Below are positions 11,801 through 23,189 of a stretch of DNA of 64,000 nt, in pieces. The DNA comes from Thraustochytrium aureum. Its lineage: Eukaryota. The stretch covers positions 230,067 through 294,066 of the forward strand of contig BLSG01000216.1 of the NCBI GenBank assembly GCA_012862495.1, written 5' to 3'. The translations under genes were made by a program, and so were the position numbers. Every line of letters begins with the position of its first letter. The first letter of the stretch is position 1. A model generated the notes under the pieces. That model ran no database searches, was not told where the DNA came from, and saw only the letters and a program-made list of their open reading frames with translations.

Positions 11801-14800
11801 TTTTGCGAGCTTGCTGCAAAGCGCGTCGTGGAGCCATTCCTGGTGGCCCGGGGCACGGCTCCGTTTTGGGCGAGCAACCCGTTTGAGGATCTATCGCTCG
11901 ACCGGGCCCGAATTCTGCGCTCGCCGCAGCCCTCGCTGCAAGCCTTTGTTCACGCTGTCCTTCTCACGAATGAGCTGCAATACCGCGACCCTGTTGGTCG
12001 CCGTGTTGCTGGGACCCGCTGGCCAGGCTCAATTGCAGCTTTGCTCTCAGCCGACTTTGGCAGCTCCTTGTATCAAGATCATTTGGCTGCAATGGGGCGC
12101 GCGCAAAACATGTTGCTCGCTGGTTCATGTCAGCTGCATGCTCAAGGATCGCGCCCTCACGCTGCAGACAGCCTGTTTGGCCTATTATCACCTTGTGCCG
12201 CTCCTGCAAACTCGTGGCGTGCAGCCCAAAGTGATCCAGGCCGTTCTGGCGGTCCAGCAGGCGCTTTTGCAAGTTCCACGGGATACCTGGAACGAGTCGG
12301 CATTTGCCACCTTTGCGCAGAGCTCGGCCTATCTGCTGAGGGTGGCAGAGCAGCGTGGCGAGTCGGCAATTGTGTGGGCCGCGATGTTGGGCGACTCGCT
12401 CGGCGCGCCAGACGAACCTGAGGCGATTGAAACTGAAAGCAGCGGGTTGCTTGTGAGCGGACCAGATGGCTCTGGAACGTTGTCCGCAGAGATGGCGCGC
12501 ACGGCAGGGGAAACTGCAAACGAGGCCATGCGAGGGCTGGCACTCAAGCTCCGGCTTGCGCTGGGAGCAGAGAAAGCGGATCAGATTGCAATCCTACGTG
12601 CTATTCACGACGCGGTTGGCAACCCCGAGCCTTTCGATTCTGGCGAGTCTCAACAGGGCCGCCGTGCCCAAGCGTCGGGTGGCGACAGCGGCGAGACCAA
12701 GGCGGAATCGTCGAGTGCCCGAGCCCCCCAAGTCGATGTCAGCGAATGTGTTGTGCTTTTGCTTGCTAAAGCAACTCGACTGGGGCGTGCAAAGCCAGTC
12801 GAGCAAGCATGGGAAGTGCTGCAAACCGACGCGGCAGTTAATTGCCCCGACCTTGTCCAGCTCCTGGCATTGACTTGCCGCGCCAGCTTGCCATTTCGAG
12901 AGCTAGTAACGGGGCGCTGGGCCGAAGAGGCGCAGTGCATGCTCTGGGACCTGGAAGAATCGAGCCCGTGTTTCTTGGAGCCATTGGTCCGAGACGTGCT
13001 CCTCGAGGAGAACGAGGAAAGCGGCGACCCCGTCGAGGCCTTGCAAGCAAGGGCTTTTCCTGCCTCCACGGACATGGATCCCGTGGGGCTCACGGAGCTA
13101 CAGGTGGAGCAAGAGCGGCTCGCCGATTTGGCAGCAGGGGCAGAAGCCAGACGCCTCGAGAAAGAAGCCCGTGAATCCGAAAGGGAAGCGCGCAGGGCGC
13201 AGCGTATGGCTGAGATGGGGGAAGACTATGTCTCGGACGGCGAACTCGAAGGCGATGGAGCCAGCCCCGACGGAGAGGCCAGCGCAGAGTTTCTGGACGA
13301 CGAGAAGGTCAAAGCTGCGCGTGTCGCTGCGGAGGAAGCACAAGTTGCCCGCCAAGAGCGTCTCGTGCAGCTTGCACGGCGCGCGCGGCTGATCGAGGAG
13401 CGCGATGCCGAGCCGGCGGAATCTGTGAAGCAGCAGCTAATTGCACTTGCCGAACTGAATGCACGCGGGCGGCCGNNNNNNNNNNNNNNNNNNNNNNNNN
13501 NNNNNNNNNNNNNNNNNNNNNNNNNNNNNNNNNNNNNNNNNNNNNNNNNNNNNNNNNNNNNNNNNNNNNNNNNNNNNNNNNNNNNNNNNNNNNNNNNNNN
13601 NNNNNAGGCGTGTCGGCCGAGGACCTCGCGGCATGCGAAGCGCGGCTTGCAACGGCGATATTGCAGACGCCGAAGGCGATTCACCTTTGTGCGCGGGCCA
13701 TGATGCGTGCGCGCTGGGCCAGGAGCTGGCGCCAACTCGAACAGGCTGGGAAAATGCTCTGGAATGCACTGCAGCTTGCAGATGCGTCGCCGACTATGTT
13801 TGGCGAAGATGCTGTCTGCAACCAAGCCCTGCCCTTGGCATCCCAGGCCAAGCTAAATTCTCGCGGGCCAGGCGATAGCGAGAGCGCCGCAGGAGACGGT
13901 CAAGAGAGCCGAGACTCGGCTCGAAGCGGCCGGTCATCGAGCGCCCAAGTGAGGGCCGAGTCGGAGCCCGGCGCCAAGTCGGGCTTGGACGCCTGCAAGG
14001 ACGTTCAGTTTGACTGGCGACCGGTTTTCCGTGCCACCACAGCCATTCTCGACATGCTCGAGCTTCTGAGTGGTAGCCGCTGCTCAAGCGACGATTCTCT
14101 GCCCGCAAAAGTCGGGGCAAGTGGTGCAAGTGACGCAGCGCTCGTCAATAGCGGTGTAGACATGCAGTGGGCGGCTAGCATGGTGACATACTGCGCGCAG
14201 ACCTTGTGCCACCTTCGCCGCTGGCCCGAGCTGGTATATGTCGGTTCCCGGCTTGTGGGCATATTCGGGAAGGCGGACGGGCTCCTGACCCCTGCTCTAC
14301 CGTTGGTTGTCTATGCACAGCAGCAAGTCCTGCAGGCGGCGCAGGCCCAGGTGGATGAGGCCCAGATCGGTCTTGCAGCGCTTAATCAAGCATGGGAACA
14401 GCACCTGGAGAAGGAGGCGCGCAAACGAAAACGCCGAACCCAGCGCGCGCGTCCTGGTCGCGCGACTCTCCAGGAGGCGCCGCTCTCGGACGCGGAGCTG
14501 TCGTACAGAAGCGACCTTGCGGCTCGCCAGGCTGATCTTGCCTCCAAACAAGGCCGTGCCGCTCTGCTGCAGCAGCGCCTGAACGAAATGTCAGAGCGTC
14601 TCGAAGAGATTCTGCGCGATCGGAGCACGTCGATGGCCGCCGTTGCCAAGGCCCGAGCGCTTGGCAAGCAGGCGCTCATTTCCCGAGCATCGCCGTTCGA
14701 GGCAGGTCTGAGCATGCTTATTCCTCAAGCTGGCGCGCTGACCCGACGCTCGCGCGCGACACAAAAGAGCGCCCGGAGCAGGTCCCAGTCTGTGCATAGC

Positions 14801-17800
14801 AAAGCAAGCCGGTTCTCCCGCCGATCGGTCAAGTCGCGAGCAAACGACGCCATGAGCTCGCTTACCAAGCACACAATGGACAAGGCGCCAGATTTGGACG
14901 CAGAGGCTGGCATGAAGGGCCACGAGATTCGCGCCGCCCTCGCTGCATATGCGAGCGCAACCCAGATCGCTCGCCAAAAGCAAGAGAACACGCTACTGGC
15001 GGTCGCTCTCAGTGAAATGGGCGACCTGCATGCAGCTCAGGGCGGGCGCGATGGACTCCAGGCTGCACTTGCTTCCTGGACGGACTCTCTTGACGCGGTA
15101 CTCCACCAAGTCGATTCGCTTTCCAGTTGGCGAAGGATCTTAGGGCAGGTGATTGAGGCCGAGCAACCCGCGGCGCTGGAGGACCTCTCCGTGGAGACAA
15201 GCGCCGAGCTTGCAGCTGGTCAAAGCCTTCTGGCTCAGGTCGGGCTTTTGGGTTGTGTCACAGGCGCAATCTGCGCTGCCAAAATCAGTAGCCTTGGCAA
15301 ATCTGGTGACTTGAACGCCAGGCTCGAGCTCTGTCGCCTCGCTGCACACCTTTTCAGCGCGTTGCTGTGCACAGGGCCACCGCACCCGACGAGGTTCTGC
15401 GACCTTGCAACGTACGTTCCTCTCGAGATCTTCCCGGTTGCCGACCTGGCGCTCTTGTGGAGCTCGACGAGAAAGGACACGCTTGCGCATGCGCTTCGCC
15501 AAACAGCGCAGGACCTAGTCGGCAGCCCGCGCGCCCGTGACGGCCTCCTGGCCCTGCCGGTGCTCTGTGTCTACGAGTACTTGGCCAAGCACGTACTGAA
15601 TGCCCCTTCGCGCGTGCTAGAAGCTCGAATCATCAAGGCGAAGGTTTTGACGCAGCTGGGTCTGCTCACTGAAGCATCAGTCAACCTCAGGGCCGCAATC
15701 TCAGGTTCGTGCCTTGGGGTGCAGAGTTGGCGGATCGTGGCTCAATCTACCGCGATAGAAGCGGACGCCAAGAGCCTGGATGAACCGAGCGCCGCAAGCC
15801 TCGCTGCAAGACTGGAGCAGCTCTCTGCTCTCCAGCGCTCTCTGCCGCTCTTTCACAGCGACGAGGCGCCGTGGACAGAGTCTAATATGGCAGCACTGCG
15901 AGGCCTCGTTGCTCTTGACGGCGGCACTGAGCAGAACGGCACCGACGCGGCTGCAGCGCCTTCGACCCCGCTACCGTACGTGTCTGCTCTGATGGGCAAG
16001 GGCCTCGGCCGCCTTCTCGCGATGTGCCGGGCAGATTTCGTCTCGCGCGCAATCGAGTCCTGGCCTCCTGCATCGCGGGTGGATGCTGTGAGCGCCGACC
16101 GCGAGGCTTTGATTGGTGCCGCTGAAAGCCTCGTGAGCAGCGAGCTGGAAGCCATCAAAGCCGCTGGGAAAGCCATGGTTCGGAAACGGCGCACTCGAAA
16201 TGCGCTAGATGAAGCAGATGAAGAGGACGACGACGAAGCAGCGGCTCTCGGCAACGCGGAAGACGACGAGCTTGAAGAGACGTGCGTGGACATTGGCTCG
16301 GCATCGCTGGAAGCTCTACGCGATGGCCAAACGATTCTGTCGCGACTACTTCTCGCAAAGGGGCAGGCTGGACCTGCTGCGGCAAACCTCGCCGAGGCGC
16401 TCGCAGAGCTGTCGGCAGCGGATCTCGACAGCGAGAAACTCGGCTCGGCTCCTAATGCTGGCGTAGAAGAGCTCGCCGTGCACCGCACACCGAGGGAAGC
16501 GAGCAGCAATCTTGTGGCAGAAGCCAAATCAAGGCTTGCGGCCGGACCTGTGGAGGCCCAAGTTCGGCTAGAGCCATTTGACGCGGCGCGCGGCCTGCAT
16601 CGGCCGCTATGGTGGTTTCGAGCCCAGGCTTTGGTCGTCCGTTGCCTTGTGCAAGCAAAGCAGCTCAGTCAGGCCTGCATCGTCGCCGAAAAAGCGCTTG
16701 CGTATTGTGAGACTGCAAACGAGCGGGAGTGGCGCCACGTCCTCGAGGCCGAGCTTGTCAACGCGCTCTGTCGTACCGGTGACCTTGCGAAAGCAAGCAA
16801 CATCATTGAAGCCGCCGTGAACGTGGAGCAGGAGCCAAGCCAAGCGCTCGCGGAGCTCCGCGCAATGCGGTTGCGCTGGCGCGGGAGCAGGCGAGACCAT
16901 CGCCGATATGCGGCACCAAAGTGACGAGTTGGCTCGAGGACCTCGACATGGCGGCTTTCGCGCTTGAGAAGGAGCTGGCGAGCCTCGGCGCGCTTTCGCA
17001 ACCGCGCATCCCCACGCCGACGACGCCCAGCATATACCTGAAGTCGCTAGAAAGTGCTGCCAGGGTTCGGCTTGCTCAAGGCGAGCTGCTCGAGAGCAGC
17101 CGCGCGGATCTCGCTTCACCGTCGGCATGGTCCGCACAGCGAGCGTTTGGGCGTGGACTCCAAGTAGTGGCCACCTCGCCGCAATTAGAGCATGTGAGGA
17201 CGTCGCTGCGCATCGCGCTTGGCAGGTGCCTTGCGAAAACACGCAGCTCCAGAGAGATGGGCGTCGTCATGCTCGCATCGGCGCTGCGCACTTTGCTCGA
17301 CGATGGGGGCTGGAATTATGCCAGCATACGCCTTGTGAGCGTCGCCTTGGCTCGTGCCCGCGCCCTTGGCGCGAGCGGCTCGGATTCTTCAAGCTCGCGC
17401 TCTGCGCGCTGGCTCAAGTTTGCAGCTGACGTAGCGGAGATGCAAGCAGGTCTGTTTGGTCGAGGAGGCGAAATGGCCAAGGGTGCCCCGGCTGAGCTCC
17501 GCGACGCCGAGCGGGAGGCGGAAATCAGGCGCACGCGTCTCGCACCCTTCGTTGTCGCCCTGTTCGAGGGCGAGCGGGGGATCTCGGCGCTGTTGTTTGC
17601 GCACCTTTCGATGCGCGAGGAGCGCGCCTTGGTGCAGGATAGCACGCTGCACTGCCGTCTAGCCGCTGCTCATCACTACCTGTGCGAGGCTCTCCCGGGA
17701 TTCAGGTCGGCGTTCGCCCTGGACGCAGAATCGCTCCCTGAGCAACTTGCTCCGCTCGATGGACAAGAAGGCATGTGGACCTTGCCGACAGACGCAACTG

Positions 17801-18393
17801 GAGCGGAGCGAGTCGAGCTGCAAGAGCACGGGAGAGATGAGTTGGCCCGTGGCGTTGCTTTGCAGTGGGAAGACGATCCCCAGGACCCCACTTTGACGAA
17901 ACTGTTCGCTGTCGTGACGGGGCTTGATGATGACCAGCCAGAGCAAGACCAGCGCGTTGTCTTTCTGGACAGCGCGGTCGTTCGTCGACGCGATTTGGTG
18001 CAGGTCTTCCATGAGGTGTCTTCCGTTTGTCACGATCTTGAGGAAGCCAGCCTTGCTGGCCTGAGCGAGGAGGGGTCCGAACGGCGCCTCGCTTTAGCAC
18101 TCAAGAAAGCGCAGGCGTTACTTGTGCATCGCTCGGGCGAATCGGGCGCCATGGCAGCACAAGAGCCGCCGCAAGAAGTGGACGAGCCGACAGACCCTGA
18201 AGGAGGCGGGCGTAACGACAGCCTCGTCCCGCCAAAAGGCGCTGATCAGTTCTTCAAGCGAGCTTTTGATGCAAGCCGGGGTCTCGCGATAGAACTCACA
18301 GCAGAAAACGCTGCGGAGCTTTACGTCTGGCGCTGGTGGCGTCGCGTTGCTCTCCTGCGGCACGCCGCGGCGCAGCCGTGGGTTGTAAGCTAG
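8886..18393 (+). CDS. CFAP54: Cilia- and flagella-associated protein 54 (central pair C1d), ~3100 aa; about 5 single-base frame breaks (~8996, ~9066, ~9860, ~12122, ~16864) and a gap at 13476-13605
   Basis: CFAP54-type motifs LPLCVVKYLPWRARLY and YYVLYGK...VGLTNTDLVGTG...VTGLCPNEEYVFAAAAF...GVGKTSAPVL..PLP. Consecutive ORFs 9207-9890, 9887-12421, 11676-13475, 13610-16924 and 16921-18393 tile one helical protein. Confidence 0.85.
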
Positions 18394-18802
18394 CTCTAGA
18401 GAGAGTACAAACGTGGTCAACCACAATTTGTCTTGGTCAAGCGGCCTTCGTGGCGTGGTGGTTCGCAAGCTCCTCACTGGTGTTAGCATCAACGGGAGAT
18501 CGGCTCGGCCTCTCGTGCGACAGACAGGGCTGTGGCGTCAACAACAGCCCAGCAAAATAGCTCAGCCGAATGGCTCAGCAAAACGATTGGAGGCTTTGCT
18601 CTTTCTTGATTTTGATCAATCAACAAGATCAATCAACACTTTCTGTCCTTGTTTCGCCGCGCGCACGCACGCGGCTGTCTTCAGCTTGTTGATGTGAATG
18701 ACAGGACAGAACGATGAAAGAAATTAGCGGGCAGAAAACGACCTAGCGTGCGCCAGCAGCCCGCGCCGAAACAAAAACTGCGAACGCAGATACGGCGGCT
18801 TC

Positions 18803-20170
18803 CTACTCGTCCGGGTACAGTTTTTTCAGGTCATGGGCCAAGTTCACGTCGTTGAACTCGTCGTCGTCGAAAGTGGTTGCGATCGAATCGAGCAGCGTGG
18901 ACTCTTGCAGCAGGTCCTGGCACTCTTTGAACGACCTACTGAACGAGTAGCCAGCGCCGCCTTCCCCATTTGAGAACTCTCGCGAAAGCAGCGGTGGCTG
19001 GCGGAGCTGCGGCTGCTGCGGCAACGACCCAGGCGGAGCGCCATTGGCGCGCGCGAAGGACCCGGCGTACCGGCCAGGGTGGGGAACGGTGTTGGGCAGG
19101 TAGCTCGGCTCGGTGGAGCTGGATCGCAGAACGTGCGCGCCAGCGGTCGAGAAGCTCCACGGCTGCGCGCTCGGCGGCCCGCCATGTGAATAAGCCGCAA
19201 AGCTCCCCATCCCGCCGCTATTGGTGCGCTGGAGCGATGAGAACGAGGTGGTGTAGGTGACCTGCGAAGGTGGACGGGCAGTCGCAGCAGGCGTGTCCGC
19301 CTTGTCTAGAGCGCTAAAGTCGGCCAGGTCGAGGGGGAGAAAAATCGTCCTCTAGCGAGGCCTTGAGGTCGGCGGAGGCCGCGCTGCCGTTGACCGGGTC
19401 TTCAGCGAACGCCTCGAAGAAGCCTGGGAGTGGCTCAGTCTCGATCTCGTGCTTGAGCTCGTTCGCCTTCGCGGCGAGGCCGCCAGCAAACTGCGAGGCA
19501 AACTGCGAGGCGTGAGCTACAGATTCGATCTTGACCGCCGAGCCTGGCTCTGCACTGCTTCCCCTCGCAAACTCGTGCGGCTCGAGATCTGCTTCCTGCC
19601 CGTGGAAAAGTGGAGAGCCGATGCTGCCCGCATCCGCAGGTCCAGGCTCGCCACCAGGCTGCGTGCGCATCCTGTTAAGAATTTTCCACCGCACCTTGAC
19701 CATGTTTTCTGTTCGACCAGGGATGTTGCGGGCAATGGTCGCCCACTTGCGAGGCGTCAGCGCTTGGAAATGCCAAAGCAGCGAGTCCTCGCTCGGCGTC
19801 CACTCGCCCTTGTTCACGTCAGGGTTTAGGTGGTTGACCCACCGCTCTCGGCACTGCTTGCAACTCCTGTTGGGTATGTCTTTGCAGACCTCGCTCCAGT
19901 TGATCCGGCGCTGCCCGTGCGAGGCGCTGCCGTTGGCTTTCGAGGGGGCCTCCAACTGCGTTTTAACGCCGCGCAGAAGAAGCGCGTCCTCCTGCGGCGA
20001 CCAGTGGCCCTTCTTCAGGCCCGGCTTGAGAACCTTCTTCCAGCGCTGGATGCATTGCGTGCTTGTGCGGTTGCGCACGATGCTCGATATTTTTTTCCAC
20101 TGTTTTTCACCGTGCTCCTGCACGGCCCGTGTCAACGTTGCGTCCTCTTCAGGCGTCCAGTACCGGGGCC
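18803..20170 (-). CDS. R1R2R3 (3R) MYB transcription factor (5' end in gap; frame break in C run near 19333)
   Basis: Three MYB repeats: YWTPEED...QCIQRWKKVLKP, GHWSPQED...KQCRERWVNHLNP and GEWTPSED...GRTENMVKVRW. Removing one C from CCCCC joins ORF 19314+ to ORF 18803-19210. Confidence 0.9.
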
Positions 20171-21302
20171 NNNNNNNNNNNNNNNNNNNNNNNNNNNNNN
20201 NNNNNNNNNNNNNNNNNNNNNNNNNNNNNNNNNNNNNNNNNNNNNNNNNNNNNNNNNNNNNNNNNNNNNNNNNNNNNNNNNNNNNNNNNNNNNNNNNNNN
20301 NNNNNNNNNNNNNNNNNNNNNNNNNNNNNNNNNNNNNNNNNNNNNNNNNNNNNNNNNNNNNNNNNNNNNNNNNNNNNNNNNNNNNNNNNNNNNNNNNNNN
20401 NNNNNNNNNNNNNNNNNNNNNNNNNNNNNNNNNNNNNNNNNNNNNNNNNNNNNNNNNNNNNNNNNNNNNNNNNNNNNNNNNNNNNNNNNNNNNNNNNNNN
20501 NNNNNNNNNNNNNNNNNNNNNNNNNNNNNNNNNNNNNNNNNNNNNNNNNNNNNNNNNNNNNNNNNNNNNNNNNNNNNNNNNNNNNNNNNNNNNNNNNNNN
20601 NNNNNNNNNNNNNNNNNNNNNCACGCACGCAGGCACGCGGGCACGCAGGCACGCAGGCACGGCCCTCGTGAGCCGCGCGACGCTTTGGGGCTCTGCTTGC
20701 CAGCCTCCTGCTCCTCGTCCTCCTCCCTCCCCTCTCTCCCTCCCTCCCTCCCTCCCTCCCTCCGCTGGCAGGCTGGCTGCCTCGCTGGCTGCCTGCCTGC
20801 GCACGGCCCTCACAAAAGCACACGAGAGGACCACCACAAACGCCCAAACTACGACGACTCGGAAGAAGGACGCCCTGCAGAACAGCAAGCACCTCAGGCG
20901 AGCCGAGTTCTTATTAGGTTCGTTCTGTTCGCCTCCGATCAAGGGTGTGTACCGTTCCTCACAGTGGAGCGCGGCAGTTTGTGCGGTTTGCTTGCGCTGA
21001 AGGTCAAGACACGCGTGGTGCTTTGCATTGCGGAGGAGAGGCGAAGGAGAGGAGAAAGGACGAGGGAAAATAGGTGCTACCTACTAGGCAGTAGGGGGAA
21101 AACAATTGTGCATTGGCTTTTGGGAAAGTAGTGTGCATGTGCTACCTACTACCATGTGGGGCACGCGCCCCGGTCAAGTGGCAGCCCGAAGACGCCGGGT
21201 CGAGTCCCGCCGAGCAGTTCGATCGAGTGCCGTGGCGTCGTTGTGGCGTGCGAGTCTGCGCTGCTGGCTGCCCTTTCGCCCGAGGTGGAAACCCGGGCCG
21301 GG

Positions 21303-22646
21303 TCACTTGCGCACGATGGCCATGTTCGGGTGGTGCCGCAAGAGGATGTCGAGCTCGTTGGCTGGGCGCCACAGCTCGGTGCAGATGGCGTCAAAGCAGT
21401 TGCGCCCGTTGACCAGGGCGTTGACGTTTTGCGCCGCAGGGTCCTCCGGAAGGCACATCTCGCCAACCTCCTCATCCTCCGCCGCCAGCTGTCCGTGGGG
21501 TGGCGAAGCACTCAAGCCCACGCCACCGGGGCCTGGTCCTCCTACGGAGAGCGGCTCCTCCGCGACGCTCCGGCACACAGCCGCAAAGTAGTCGTCGTAA
21601 GCGTCCGGGCCGGCGAGGCTTCCGCGCTCGACGGTGGCAGGGATAACGGGGTACTTGTGAGCGCGCTTGATAAGGCCATGCAGCACGCCAAAGGTGACGA
21701 AACGGCGGTCGTCCACGTTGAGCGAGGCCGTGTCGTGAAGCAGGCAAAAGTCCTTCAGCTCGAGGCAAGGCTGCAGCGCAGCGTAGAGCTGGAAAACGCG
21801 CATCACGGAAGGAGGCTCCCCCATTCCCGCCGACACGTACTTGATGCAGTTGCGCTGCAGGCTCTCGTTCTCCACGAGCTCGACGATGCGCGGCGTGCAA
21901 CAGTACGTGTTGGAGTACTGGAAAATATCCACTAGCCGCACGCAGCGAAAGTAGAGCAGCTGCCGCACGCAGCGGCGCACCAGAGCAACAGCGACGCCGC
22001 TGAGCTCCGCGATAAGCCGAATGTGGCGCTCCCCGTCGATGAACCTCATCACTTGCAATATGGTCAAGTCCCACTCCTTGGAGACAAGGGCGTCCAGCTC
22101 GCGTACCTGCACCGGGACCTGGAAATCAAACACCTCAGGTGGGTCCACGAGCCGGGGCGTGATCTTCAGCGCCAGCGAGTTGGCCTCGTCGATGGACACG
22201 ATGCACTCGCCCCACTTGGACAGCTCGCTGAACACGCTCTCTAGAATGGCTCCGAGCCGCCTGTCTGCGCCCTCGCGCGACAGGAAGAGCGACTCCACCT
22301 CGAGCGACTTCATCACGCTCGACAGCTTCTTCAGGACACTGACGAAAGGCCCCGTCTGCGTCTCTTCGCGGAACACAAACCCAAACGCAAAGAAGAACGC
22401 GTTGCGCGCATAGAGCCGCTCGTTCTCCACAAACAGCGGGCAGCTCATCAGTTTCGTCTGCGACACCGCGCCGTCCGACACGGTCAGCACCGACCCGCAG
22501 AGCTCCTTCTTGGCGATCACGAAGTCGCTCACGCGGTCGAACACCTCGCTCGTGAGCCCAGCTTCGCCCCCGCGCCGGGCCGGCGCCTCGCAAACCAGCA
22601 GGGGCCCGGCCACATCGTCGAACTTGGCGAAGAAGATGCTCTCCAT
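21303..22646 (-). CDS. NPRL2: GATOR1 complex subunit NPRL2 (nitrogen permease regulator 2-like)
   Basis: MESIFFAKFDDVAGP; FVIAKKELC; YARNAFFFAFGFV; WDLTILQVMRFIDG; LVDIFQYSNTY; DDRRFVTFG; NGRNCFDAICTEL. The ORF is an intact 448 codons. Confidence 0.95.
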   Translation of the reverse strand: MESIFFAKFDDVAGPLLVCEAPARRGGEAGLTSEVFDRVSDFVIAKKELCGSVLTVSDGAVSQTKLMSCPLFVENERLYARNAFFFAFGFVFREETQTGPFVSVLKKLSSVMKSLEVESLFLSREGADRRLGAILESVFSELSKWGECIVSIDEANSLALKITPRLVDPPEVFDFQVPVQVRELDALVSKEWDLTILQVMRFIDGERHIRLIAELSGVAVALVRRCVRQLLYFRCVRLVDIFQYSNTYCCTPRIVELVENESLQRNCIKYVSAGMGEPPSVMRVFQLYAALQPCLELKDFCLLHDTASLNVDDRRFVTFGVLHGLIKRAHKYPVIPATVERGSLAGPDAYDDYFAAVCRSVAEEPLSVGGPGPGGVGLSASPPHGQLAAEDEEVGEMCLPEDPAAQNVNALVNGRNCFDAICTELWRPANELDILLRHHPNMAIVRK

Positions 22647-23189
22647 CGGGCCGCCCCGCGCGCCGCGCTGCCAGGGGCCTGCGCGCCGCGAGCAGCGCCA
22701 GGCCTGCACGCGCGCTTTAACGGTGCTTGGCCGGCTACCAGACCGAGACAAATAAGCCAAGAATCTCACCTCTCTGCCGTGTGATCTTCGCGCGCACATT
22801 AAAATTTGTNNNNNNNNNNNNNNNNNNNNNNNNNNNNNNNNNNNNNNNNNNNNNNNNNNNNNNNNNNNNNNNNNNNNNNNNNNNNNNNNNNNNNNNNNNN
22901 NNNNNNNNNNNNNNNNNNNNNNNNNNNNNNNNNNNNNNNNNNNNNNNNNNNNNNNNNNNNNNNNNNNNNNNNNNNNNNNNNNNNNNNNNNNNNNNNNNNN
23001 NNNNNNNNNNNNNNNNNNNNNNNNNNNNNNNNNNNNNATCTTCGCGCGCACATTAAAATTTGTACCGTTGCGGCGCGAGCAGGACGCGGCACGCAGAGCC
23101 GCAACGCTGCGCGGCGCGCGGGCTTGCGCGCCGAGGGAGCAGGACAGGCCTGCGCGAACGACCCCGATTGCGCTACGGGCGCTAGCGCG

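Noticed and set aside
8886..18393. CFAP54 and other broken genes as pseudogenes
   Set aside because: There are kilobase-long stop-free stretches with intact motifs. The same single-base breaks hit conserved genes such as Der, which points to sequencing error.
22806..23189. ORF-track N-terminal extensions through N-gaps (also the 754, 542, 871, 494, 490 and 652 aa ORFs)
   Set aside because: These are artefacts of translating Ns as X; frame and length across gaps are unknown.
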